A DNA stretch of 64,000 nt from Eubacteriales Family XIII. Incertae Sedis bacterium (GTDB taxonomy: Bacteria; Bacillota; Clostridia; Peptostreptococcales; Anaerovoracaceae): positions 1,376-65,375 of the forward strand of contig JAISJM010000100.1 of NCBI GenBank assembly GCA_031261525.1, in the 5' to 3' direction. The position numbers and the translations under genes are program-made. A model generated the notes under the pieces. It did not search any database. It had not been told where the DNA came from and saw nothing but the letters and a program-made list of their open reading frames with translations. Shown piece by piece: positions 18,220 through 25,758 of this stretch (within the stretch, counting starts at the first letter, position 1; every line of letters begins with the position of its first letter).

Positions 18220-20808
18220 ATGTTGAAGACGCACACAAGCGCAAAGCACAAAATTCTATCCATTTTATTGGCGTTGTTGATTGTGGTATCATTTATGCCA
18301 CAAGTTCCGCAGGTTTATGCGGATGATATTGTGGGTGGCAATGAAGCACCAATCGTCAGTACGTGGGATGGTCAAAGCTATGATATTTCTTGGTACAACA
18401 CGGAAGATACAGAGTTTACACTCAATTCCGCAGCACAATTTGCAGGGTTTGCAGCGATTGTAAATGGTGAGACCCAAATTTGGGATGATGATACAAATCA
18501 ACCAACCCCATGGTACAATGGTGGAACAGCGATTCCTGGTGAGCCGCTCAAGATCGGTGAGCAAACGATTGCTGCGGATGATTTTACGGATAAGATTGTC
18601 AATCTAAATGCGGATGTTGATTTGGGCGGCATCTATGATGCTGAAGAGGGCACATGGGGTGGTGCCGTATGGCCTGTAATCGGACATTATACGAGTTCAA
18701 GTGCGGCTGGAAGTAATGATGGCCTAAAAGGCATTCCGTTCAAAGGTACTTTCAATGGTAATTTCCATAGCATCTCAAATATGTATGTAAGAGGTGATTA
18801 TTCAGCCGCTGATGATGTTGCGTCATGTAACTCAAAAGGATTATTTGGCGATTTAGGACATGTTGCACTTGTCAAAAATGTAATTCTTACATCAGGCTAT
18901 GTTACGGTAGCACGCTTTGGTGGTGGTATTGTCGGTAGAAACTGGGGCAATGTAGAGAATTGCGCAAATGGCGCGACAGTTGTTGGTAGAGGTCGTGGTG
19001 GTGCAGGCGGTATTGTCGGTGCAAATTATTACAACAATTTACCATTACCTGAGATTACAAATAGTTATAATTTTGGTACAGTTAAAAATCTTGGTGGTTC
19101 AAAATATTATCACGCAGGTGGAATTGCTTCCTTAAATGAGGGCGTTATTACAAACTGCTATAATGTTGGAACGATTATCAGCCGAGATCAAGCGGGTGGT
19201 ATGGCGGCTGAATCCAAGACGCTGATGAATAGTTTTACACTTGCTGGAACAAATGTAAAAGCGACAGCAAATGGCGAAGAAGTAAGTCGTACTGATGCAC
19301 TCGTGGGTAAAAACAATGGTACCATTGATGCAACTTCTGCAATTCTTACAAGCGATGACATGACGGATCCTGCATTTGTCACTTTACTAAATGGCGAGGA
19401 CAATGCCTTTGTTCCAGATTTATCTGGTATCAATCAAGGTTATCCAATCCTCAGTGGTTATGCACTTTTAGCCGTTTCAAAAGAACTATACTCAATTGAA
19501 GTAAAGACACAGCCAAATCAACGAGCTTACACGAGCGGTGATTCTTTCAATAAAGATGGACTCGAAATTGAAGCAACCTACTTAAATGGTGAAAAGAGTA
19601 TCCTTGCAGATGAAGACTATAGCGTCACTCCAGAAGTATTAAGCTCTGCGGATACAAGCGTTACCGTGAGCTATACCGATGGTGATATTACAAAGAATGT
19701 AACAATCGACGGCATCACCGTTGAAAAAAGAACCATCTCTGCAATCACAGAACCTGCAATTACAGGCGATGCAACGGTAAATAACACGCTTTCAGTAAGT
19801 ACTGGCGAATGGAGCGAGACACCAGATGCGGTAACCTATCAATGGTATGCAGATGCTGCACCAATTACAGGTGCAACGGACAGCACCTATAAGCTGACAG
19901 TAGCGGATCATAGTAAAGCAATCACGGCTCAAGTAACGGCATCCAAAGAAGAATGTCATGATGCTTCGATTGTCTCTAGTCCAACTGCCAAAGTCGGTGC
20001 ATGTACAATAGAAGTACAATCCCCGAGCATTACAGGTACTGCTAAAGTTGGTCAGACGCTGAAAGTGGATGCTGGTGTATGGAATCCAGAGGCAGAAATT
20101 CTAGGATATCAGTGGCTTGTCAATGGTACAGAAATTGCAAATGCAACAGGCACATCCTATCAGATCAAATCAGGTGACCTTGGAAAAGCAATCTCCGTGA
20201 AAGTCACCGCAAAGATATTGGATTATTACACTGTTGTACATACATCTACAAAGACTGCAAAGGTGACCGCAGACTTCGTCAAAGGAGATGTGAAAATCAC
20301 AGGAACTGTAAAAGTTGGTAAGCAGCTCAAGGCAGTACCTGATAGCAAATGGAGTCCAAAGCCAACTTATACCTATCAATGGTATGCAAATGGTCAGGCA
20401 ATTAAAAATGCAACAAAAGTGAACTATACAATCGCAAGTGGTGATTTTGGCAAGCAGATTACAGTTAAGGTAACTGCCAAGAAAGCAAATTATGTCACTG
20501 CAACAAAGACTTCTGCAAAGACTGCAAAGGTAAAAGCTGGAGACTTCACAAAAGGTAGCATTACAATCTCTGGCAAAGCGAAAGTTGGACAAAAGCTTAC
20601 TGCCAAGACAGCAAAGTGGAGTCCAACACCAACATTCACGTATCAATGGTATGCAAATGGCAAGGCAATCAAGAATGCAACGAAGTCTACTTATACATTA
20701 AAGGCGGCTGAGAAAGGAAAGAAAATCACAGTCAAGGTTACTGCGAAGAAGACAAACTATGTAACTGTCTCAAAGACTTCTGCAAAGACCACAAATGTAG
20801 TAAAATAA
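18220..20808 (+). CDS. Secreted GLUG-repeat protein C (862 aa) with one Big_3-like domain and four C-terminal ~89-aa YQWY repeats
   Basis: The signal peptide ends ...QVYA/DD. The N-terminus (TWDGQSYDISWY...AAQFAGFAAIVNG) is paralogous to the A segment VWDGKTIDMDWY...AAELAGLAAIVNS. GLUG-like GGIVGRN/GGIVGAN motifs are present. Confidence 0.85.
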   Translation: MLKTHTSAKHKILSILLALLIVVSFMPQVPQVYADDIVGGNEAPIVSTWDGQSYDISWYNTEDTEFTLNSAAQFAGFAAIVNGETQIWDDDTNQPTPWYNGGTAIPGEPLKIGEQTIAADDFTDKIVNLNADVDLGGIYDAEEGTWGGAVWPVIGHYTSSSAAGSNDGLKGIPFKGTFNGNFHSISNMYVRGDYSAADDVASCNSKGLFGDLGHVALVKNVILTSGYVTVARFGGGIVGRNWGNVENCANGATVVGRGRGGAGGIVGANYYNNLPLPEITNSYNFGTVKNLGGSKYYHAGGIASLNEGVITNCYNVGTIISRDQAGGMAAESKTLMNSFTLAGTNVKATANGEEVSRTDALVGKNNGTIDATSAILTSDDMTDPAFVTLLNGEDNAFVPDLSGINQGYPILSGYALLAVSKELYSIEVKTQPNQRAYTSGDSFNKDGLEIEATYLNGEKSILADEDYSVTPEVLSSADTSVTVSYTDGDITKNVTIDGITVEKRTISAITEPAITGDATVNNTLSVSTGEWSETPDAVTYQWYADAAPITGATDSTYKLTVADHSKAITAQVTASKEECHDASIVSSPTAKVGACTIEVQSPSITGTAKVGQTLKVDAGVWNPEAEILGYQWLVNGTEIANATGTSYQIKSGDLGKAISVKVTAKILDYYTVVHTSTKTAKVTADFVKGDVKITGTVKVGKQLKAVPDSKWSPKPTYTYQWYANGQAIKNATKVNYTIASGDFGKQITVKVTAKKANYVTATKTSAKTAKVKAGDFTKGSITISGKAKVGQKLTAKTAKWSPTPTFTYQWYANGKAIKNATKSTYTLKAAEKGKKITVKVTAKKTNYVTVSKTSAKTTNVVK
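19735..20805 (+). repeat. Four tandem coding repeats of about 267 bp (ITG.AKVG..L.A....WSP.PT..YQWY.NG..I.NAT...Y.......GK.ITVKVTAKK.NY)
   Basis: Read from the translation. A fifth copy lies in gene D at about 21705-21940. Confidence 0.85.
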
Positions 20809-20812
20809 TTAT

Positions 20813-22423
20813 ATGATTAAAAAAGCTGTTATAATTTTAATTCTATCCATACTCGTAGCCACTTCGGCTACGAGTATGTTTGGTGAATGGGACTTTTATT
20901 CTTATGCGGAGTCAGGTGGAACGAAAGAAGAAACTACGACAAACGAAGAATTGACGATACGTGTTGGATATTTTGGTTCGTCGCCAGATTATGTGGAAGT
21001 GAAGAAATACTCCCTTGCTGATTTACATGCGCTTGGTGTTCATGATCAGTCCTATAGCTGGATTGATTCGCTACCAGCACCCGTCATGCAAGCGACAAGA
21101 GGCGTCTATCTTCGAGATTTGATTGCAGATGCAGGAATTGATATCTATTCGGTCTCTCGATATGATTTCAGATCACGCGATGCGCATGAGCCATGGAGTG
21201 AGATGACATCACAGGCACTCTTTGATACGCCAAGGTATTTTTATCCAAATTTGGTGAGTACATGGGATCCGATCACGAATTGGATTGGTGTGGGCGTAGA
21301 AGAGGGAAGGGCTCCAGTCGAGGCAATGCTTGCGGTGGAAGACTATTGGGAACGCAGTATCTCAGAGCCTGACTATAGTAAGCTGCATGCAGCAGATTGC
21401 TATCGACTTGTCTTTGGTATGCCAACTTCGGATACAAAACTTGCGCATGATTCAATCAAATGGATTAAATCAATTGACTTGATGCTTGTCGGTTCACCAC
21501 CAGATGATTTTGGTAAAAATGATGAGGACGATTTAGCGGGTAGCGATCAGGATAACAACAACCCGGGTACTGGTAATGAACACGACCAAGATAAAGATAA
21601 AGAAAAAGACGATGACAATTCTTCGGATACTGGCAATCCAGATAAAGGTAAAGATACCAATGATGGCACGCCTGGTGCGACATTTGCAGAGGCATCGGAA
21701 CCAACCATTCGAGGCGTCGCACAGGTTCGTGAGACGCTTACTGCGTATCCTGGCACATGGTCGCCAACACCAACTTATGAATACCAATGGTATGCGGAGG
21801 ATGTGGCAATTGCGCGGGCTACAAATCAGACTTATCAGGTGAAGACAATGGATGTAGGCAAGCGGATTACGGTTAAGGTTACAGGCAGAAAAAGCGGCTA
21901 TACGGCAATGACCAAGACTTCGGCACCCACCGAACCTGTCGCACCAAAAGACCGCGATAGCAAAGTCTTTGGCGAAAAGGAGCAAAATGACAATGGTATA
22001 GATAGCAACGGAGGTGGTGATGACAAGCAAAACCACGGTGGCAGTGATGGCGATGCAGATGCAAGTGACCGCAGTGCTGCCAATGACAAGTCTGGTAGTG
22101 ACTCGGGTACAGGTGGCGGAAAGTATGTTCAAATTGGGCTTGCAGGTGGTGATACCATCTCGGGTAAAGAGCTCTCTGCCGCAGACACGCTGAAAATGCT
22201 CGCCCTTGCTGGTGATGCGGGCGGCACGGGTACGGACAGCCCGTGGACAGCCTATGAAATTTCACCAGATACTGTGCCATTTAAGTTACCGCCGCCAGAT
22301 ATGAAGATGGTCGCGGTTGTGTTGGGGCTGCTTGTCCTCGCATTTATTGGCGGTGGTGTTCAGGGCTATATGACGTTCAATCCTGAACTCATGAGGCATA
22401 TAATGAAGAAAAGAAGGAGCTAA
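20813..22423 (+). CDS. Membrane-tethered surface protein D (536 aa): signal peptide, SUOX-fold-like module, acidic D/K/N linker, one YQWY repeat, G/D/S-rich linker, Pro-rich segment, C-terminal TM anchor
   Basis: GVYLRDLIADAGIDIY ... CYRLVFGMP ... SIKWIKSIDL matches the Oxidored_molyb-type signature. The C-terminus is PFKLPPPDMKMVAVVLGLLVLAFIGGGV followed by the basic tail KKRRS. The gap after gene C is 4 nt. Confidence 0.8.
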   Translation: MIKKAVIILILSILVATSATSMFGEWDFYSYAESGGTKEETTTNEELTIRVGYFGSSPDYVEVKKYSLADLHALGVHDQSYSWIDSLPAPVMQATRGVYLRDLIADAGIDIYSVSRYDFRSRDAHEPWSEMTSQALFDTPRYFYPNLVSTWDPITNWIGVGVEEGRAPVEAMLAVEDYWERSISEPDYSKLHAADCYRLVFGMPTSDTKLAHDSIKWIKSIDLMLVGSPPDDFGKNDEDDLAGSDQDNNNPGTGNEHDQDKDKEKDDDNSSDTGNPDKGKDTNDGTPGATFAEASEPTIRGVAQVRETLTAYPGTWSPTPTYEYQWYAEDVAIARATNQTYQVKTMDVGKRITVKVTGRKSGYTAMTKTSAPTEPVAPKDRDSKVFGEKEQNDNGIDSNGGGDDKQNHGGSDGDADASDRSAANDKSGSDSGTGGGKYVQIGLAGGDTISGKELSAADTLKMLALAGDAGGTGTDSPWTAYEISPDTVPFKLPPPDMKMVAVVLGLLVLAFIGGGVQGYMTFNPELMRHIMKKRRS

Positions 22424-22426
22424 CGA

Positions 22427-23041
22427 TTGGATACGAGTTCAGTTAAATCAGCAATACATATCATCTCTTCGTCACTTGAGATACCCGCAATTATCGTATT
22501 AATTTTGGCGGTTGTCATTGTTGTATCCCAGATTGGGAGTGTTATGATAGAGTTTTTTACAGAGCGCATGGGGAAGAATCCCAACGTCACGAAAGTATTG
22601 GAAAACATTTCTGGCAAAGAGCGTACACAGATTCTTGAAATCATCAATGCCAATCCATTTCAGAAATCTCAAAAAAGGGCATTTGCGCGCTTCCTTCAAA
22701 GCGATATCATCTCAGTCGATGAACAGAAGCTTTTCGCAGTGCAGCTTCTATCCGAGACAGAATCAAGGCTCGACCGCCGCATCGCAGTTACGGACATCAT
22801 TGCGCGCATCGGTCCCATGTTTGGCTTGATGGCAACATTGATTCCGCTAGGACCGGGGCTTATCGCACTCGGTCAAGGTGACACGCGGACATTGTCCGAT
22901 TCGCTACTTACGGCATTTGATGCTACGGTAGCGGGACTTGCTGCTGCAGGTGTAGCGTATATTATTTCCAAAATTAGGAAAAGATGGTATCAAAGTGATA
23001 TGATGGCAATGGAGACAATACTGGAAGGAGTGATTCGCTGA
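22427..23041 (+). CDS. MotA/TolQ/ExbB-family proton-channel protein (204 aa)
   Basis: Three predicted TM segments are present. The C-terminal half, IGPMFGLMATLIPLGPGLIALGQGD...LLTAFDATVAGLAAAGVAYI, follows the MotA_ExbB pattern (P..GL.GT......L.......L...I..AL.TT..GL). TTG start 7 nt after aaggag. Confidence 0.75.
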   Translation: MDTSSVKSAIHIISSSLEIPAIIVLILAVVIVVSQIGSVMIEFFTERMGKNPNVTKVLENISGKERTQILEIINANPFQKSQKRAFARFLQSDIISVDEQKLFAVQLLSETESRLDRRIAVTDIIARIGPMFGLMATLIPLGPGLIALGQGDTRTLSDSLLTAFDATVAGLAAAGVAYIISKIRKRWYQSDMMAMETILEGVIR

Positions 23042-23382
23042 TGCTCAGAAGCAATTATAGAAGTAGAAAACGCTATTTTGATGAAGAGGATGTCAATCCA
23101 ATGGAGGGCGCTGTCAATATCGTTGACGCGATGCTCGTCTTCGCTTGTGGACTCATGCTCAGCCTTGTCATCTACTGGAATGTTGATATTCAAAATAAGG
23201 AACTTGTACCCGTATCGCGAGGTCAAGAAGTCTCTGGCATTGAAAGCACACAGGAAGATTTGCAAGGTAGCATCGATGGGGAAGGTCAATATGAGAAGAT
23301 GGGGACTGTATATGTGGATCCGAAAACGGGCAAGATGTATATGGTAAATGAGGATACCGATGGTACAGAAAATGAAGAGTAA
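23041..23382 (+). CDS. ExbD/TolR-like single-pass membrane protein (DUF2149-like, 113 aa)
   Basis: A basic N-tail is followed by the TM segment NPMEGAVNIVDAMLVFACGLMLSLVIYW. Its Asp (codon 23125-23127) lies where ExbD/TolR carry the proton-relay Asp (compare P.IDVMLVLLIFF). The start overlaps the upstream stop (TGATG). Confidence 0.65.
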   Translation: MLRSNYRSRKRYFDEEDVNPMEGAVNIVDAMLVFACGLMLSLVIYWNVDIQNKELVPVSRGQEVSGIESTQEDLQGSIDGEGQYEKMGTVYVDPKTGKMYMVNEDTDGTENEE

Positions 23383-24469
23383 TCGCATTGCAATCTTTTT
23401 TATCCTGCTATTTACAATCGCGGCATTTGCGACATTTTCAGGCTGTAGCAAGGCTGATTCATCTTCGCTCCATTATTTGGATCAGAAAATCACAATTGTC
23501 GGCGTGTCGGACGAGGACTTTACAGTCACCGTTTCCAATCTGACAAAGCTGGATCGTGTGGAAAAAAAAGCAGAAGCAACGAGATCCAATGGCGATATTG
23601 TAAAGATGAAAGCGGTTGGTCCAACGCTTGAGACATTTCTTGCGCAGTATGATAAACTTCCCACGGATTACTCGTCTGTACGGTTTACCGCGACAGACGG
23701 TTATTCGATTGCGATTCCACGAGAGATTCTTGAACGGCGCGAAATCGTCTTAGCCTATATGGATGGCAAACATGCCTTTGGCAAAGATATGGCGCCGTTG
23801 CGCGTTGTTGTCCTTGGTGAACGCGCGATGTACTGGGCGCGCATGGTCAACAAAATTGAATTTGAGACAGGCACGGAATCTTTGACGACAGATAAAGTCG
23901 TCTTTCTTGATACCATTTTGCCAGATATGAACAGTACCTATAGCGAAGAAGAGGGTGGCGATATCGTCAGTACGATTGATTTGCTTACAAAATATGGCGG
24001 TCTGGATAGTGATGGCAAAGTCTATATGTCAGCTTATGACGGTCTAAAGAAAAATGAAACCATTGATAATTTTCTAAAAGGTTACATCAAATATACGGGT
24101 GAGATGACACCTCAATTTTGCTCACCAGATTTACCACCGGGTATGAATCTCGACGGCATTGTGTCCGCAAGGGTTGGCGGCGTCATCTATTATTCGCTGA
24201 ATCGCGCTTTAGAAGTTCTGCCAGAAAAGGAAGCTGCTGGCGTGAAAGGTATCGGTTTCACTGACATCATAAAGGATGGGGGCTTTAAGCGTGCCAATTT
24301 GTATCAAATTACAGATAAAGATGGCAATTACTCCGTATTTAATGAACATGAAATTGTAAAAGGCGTCTTTACAAAAGACAATGACACGTGGACTTTTGTA
24401 TCCGCGGAGAAAGATCCAGTCATTGGTGTCGTCATGGTAGAGGGCATCGACATGGAACAAGGCGAATAA
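23360..24469 (+). CDS. Lipoprotein G with SUOX-fold-like (Oxidored_molyb-like) module(s)
   Basis: The lipobox is AFATFSG/C. The segment VRFTATDGYSIAIP..IVLAYMDGKHAFGKDMAPLRVVVLGERAMYWARMVNKIEFE closely follows the MsrP/YedY-type pattern. ATG 23360 lies 5 nt after gagga. The track start is 23348. Confidence 0.75.
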   Translation: MVQKMKSNRIAIFFILLFTIAAFATFSGCSKADSSSLHYLDQKITIVGVSDEDFTVTVSNLTKLDRVEKKAEATRSNGDIVKMKAVGPTLETFLAQYDKLPTDYSSVRFTATDGYSIAIPREILERREIVLAYMDGKHAFGKDMAPLRVVVLGERAMYWARMVNKIEFETGTESLTTDKVVFLDTILPDMNSTYSEEEGGDIVSTIDLLTKYGGLDSDGKVYMSAYDGLKKNETIDNFLKGYIKYTGEMTPQFCSPDLPPGMNLDGIVSARVGGVIYYSLNRALEVLPEKEAAGVKGIGFTDIIKDGGFKRANLYQITDKDGNYSVFNEHEIVKGVFTKDNDTWTFVSAEKDPVIGVVMVEGIDMEQGE

Positions 24470-24495
24470 AGATTCAAGGGCGATGGGAGAATGGG

Positions 24496-25332
24496 ATGCT
24501 CGTAAACAATAACCGCTATGACAACTACGACAGCAGCAACAGCAACAGCAACGACAATAACAGCAACAGGCGCTTTGTTGCGACATTTGCAATGATTTTA
24601 ATTGCGATATTGGTCACGCTCGGACTGTTTTTGTCAGGTTGTGCGTCACGCAGTGCGCCTCGCAGTACGTCAAGTAGTACAGAGGAACGTTTCCTCTCCA
24701 TTGAGGGGGACGTCATAGATTATCGATCGATGAAGACTGGCGATCAAGATTTTTCTGGCATATCATTGCCAGAATTTTTATCTGAAAGCAAGATTTCTGG
24801 TACCCCCAAATACATCTATCTCATCTCATCTGGCGATGGATTTGTCGCGAAGATTGACTATGAAAATTCAGAAAAAGTTTCTATTATTTTTAGTGAGACG
24901 ACAGGCTGGAGCATCGTCGCACCTGACCATCCCATCAGCACCAATGCCGTAGACTTAGATAAAATCATTGTCGTATCTGACGATAGTGAAGTTGGTCTTC
25001 ACATCATCAAGCAAGATGGCAGTACGGATATCGTATCGATGGGCAAAATCCTCACCTCTCCGATGCTGTATGAACTGCATTATGAAGGCGCTTCCGATAT
25101 TGGTAGTGGAAAAGACAAACGCACAACAGAAATATATACAAGGCAGATGTCGGTAAAATTGGCTGATATCTATGATGCGTACAACGATGAACCATTTGCT
25201 GTCACAACAAAATCAGGCGACAAATATCTGACAGACGGTAGCGGACGTTTTTCTATGAATCGGCAAAAAATAAACTACATCGAAGAAACGGGTGACATTT
25301 ACGAAGATGTTCAAGAGATACAGCTACGGTAA
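24496..25332 (+). CDS. Lipoprotein H, paralogous extracytoplasmic module, with an N/S-rich N-terminal extension
   Basis: The lipobox is GLFLSG/C, preceded by NNNRYDNYDSSNSNSNDNNSNRR. The start was set at ATG 24496 behind gggagaatggg. The module ISLPEFLSESKISG..YIYLISSGDGFVAKIDYE resembles the G/D modules. Confidence 0.65.
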   Translation: MLVNNNRYDNYDSSNSNSNDNNSNRRFVATFAMILIAILVTLGLFLSGCASRSAPRSTSSSTEERFLSIEGDVIDYRSMKTGDQDFSGISLPEFLSESKISGTPKYIYLISSGDGFVAKIDYENSEKVSIIFSETTGWSIVAPDHPISTNAVDLDKIIVVSDDSEVGLHIIKQDGSTDIVSMGKILTSPMLYELHYEGASDIGSGKDKRTTEIYTRQMSVKLADIYDAYNDEPFAVTTKSGDKYLTDGSGRFSMNRQKINYIEETGDIYEDVQEIQLR

Positions 25333-25418
25333 ATGGGTCTATGAATGGGTACAATTTGGAACAATAAAACATATGTGTAAAGCATATAATATTTGACGAT
25401 ACGAAAGGATTCAAAATA

Positions 25419-25610
25419 ATGTATGAAGTAGGAACCGAATGCAATAGTGGCAACAGAAAGACAACAGGTGAAATCATCCTGAAAATAGATGGCGAAGAGC
25501 TCGTCTTAGTTCCATTTGTACAAAATATTCTTAAAGATACGATTCTTGCAATCACAAAGGAACTAAACGGCTATAAAGAAGATTGTAAAATCGAGATAAC
25601 AATCTGTTAA
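25419..25610 (+). CDS. Small hypothetical protein (63 aa)
   Basis: It has an aaagga RBS and the same strand as the operon, starting 86 nt after gene H. I recognise no family. Confidence 0.4.
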   Translation: MYEVGTECNSGNRKTTGEIILKIDGEELVLVPFVQNILKDTILAITKELNGYKEDCKIEITIC

Positions 25611-25665
25611 TTTAGCGACTTTTCTAACTCTTTTCGAACTCCCACCTTTTTTTTCATCAAATCGC

Positions 25666-25694
25666 TTGACAATTTAAAATAAATATCATATTAT
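25666..25694 (+). promoter_or_regulatory. Promoter with -35 TTGACA, a 17-nt spacer and -10 TATTAT, for the GntR/ABC operon
   Basis: Read directly from the sequence. Confidence 0.55.
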
Positions 25695-25714
25695 TGTATT
25701 AGATGATTAATACA
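25695..25714. promoter_or_regulatory. Probable autoregulatory operator TGTATTA-gatgat-TAATACA
   Basis: A perfect 7-bp inverted repeat that abuts the -10 and lies upstream of a YtrA-type GntR gene. Confidence 0.5.
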
Positions 25715-25758
25715 GTAATTATCGATGAGATAGATAATGTATATGAAAGGAGCGACAG

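Noticed and set aside
21465-22280. A stack of antisense and alternate-frame ORFs inside gene D
   Set aside because: They track the low-complexity D/K/N and G/D/S linker regions of D. They have no RBS, and the + strand gene has clear domain content.
22427-23382. Zorya-type anti-phage system (ZorA/ZorB) or a flagellar stator (MotA/MotB)
   Set aside because: E is far shorter than ZorA and lacks its long tail. F lacks an OmpA-like peptidoglycan-binding domain. There are no ZorC/D-like genes and no flagellar genes nearby. The neighbours are surface proteins and lipoproteins.
24209-24716. Minus-strand ORFs encoding poly-Cys and poly-Leu runs (CCCYCRCCCCCCC, LLLLLLSLLLLLLL)
   Set aside because: They are antisense readings of the (aac/agc)n tract that encodes the N/S-rich start of lipoprotein H.
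23360-25332. Genuine molybdoenzymes (MsrP/YedY-like sulfoxide reductases)
   Set aside because: There is no MsrQ-like haem partner, no clear Tat signal (lipoboxes instead) and no Moco genes nearby. The same module is fused to adhesin-like giants. I cannot confirm loss of the Moco ligands without an alignment, so this is set aside rather than excluded.
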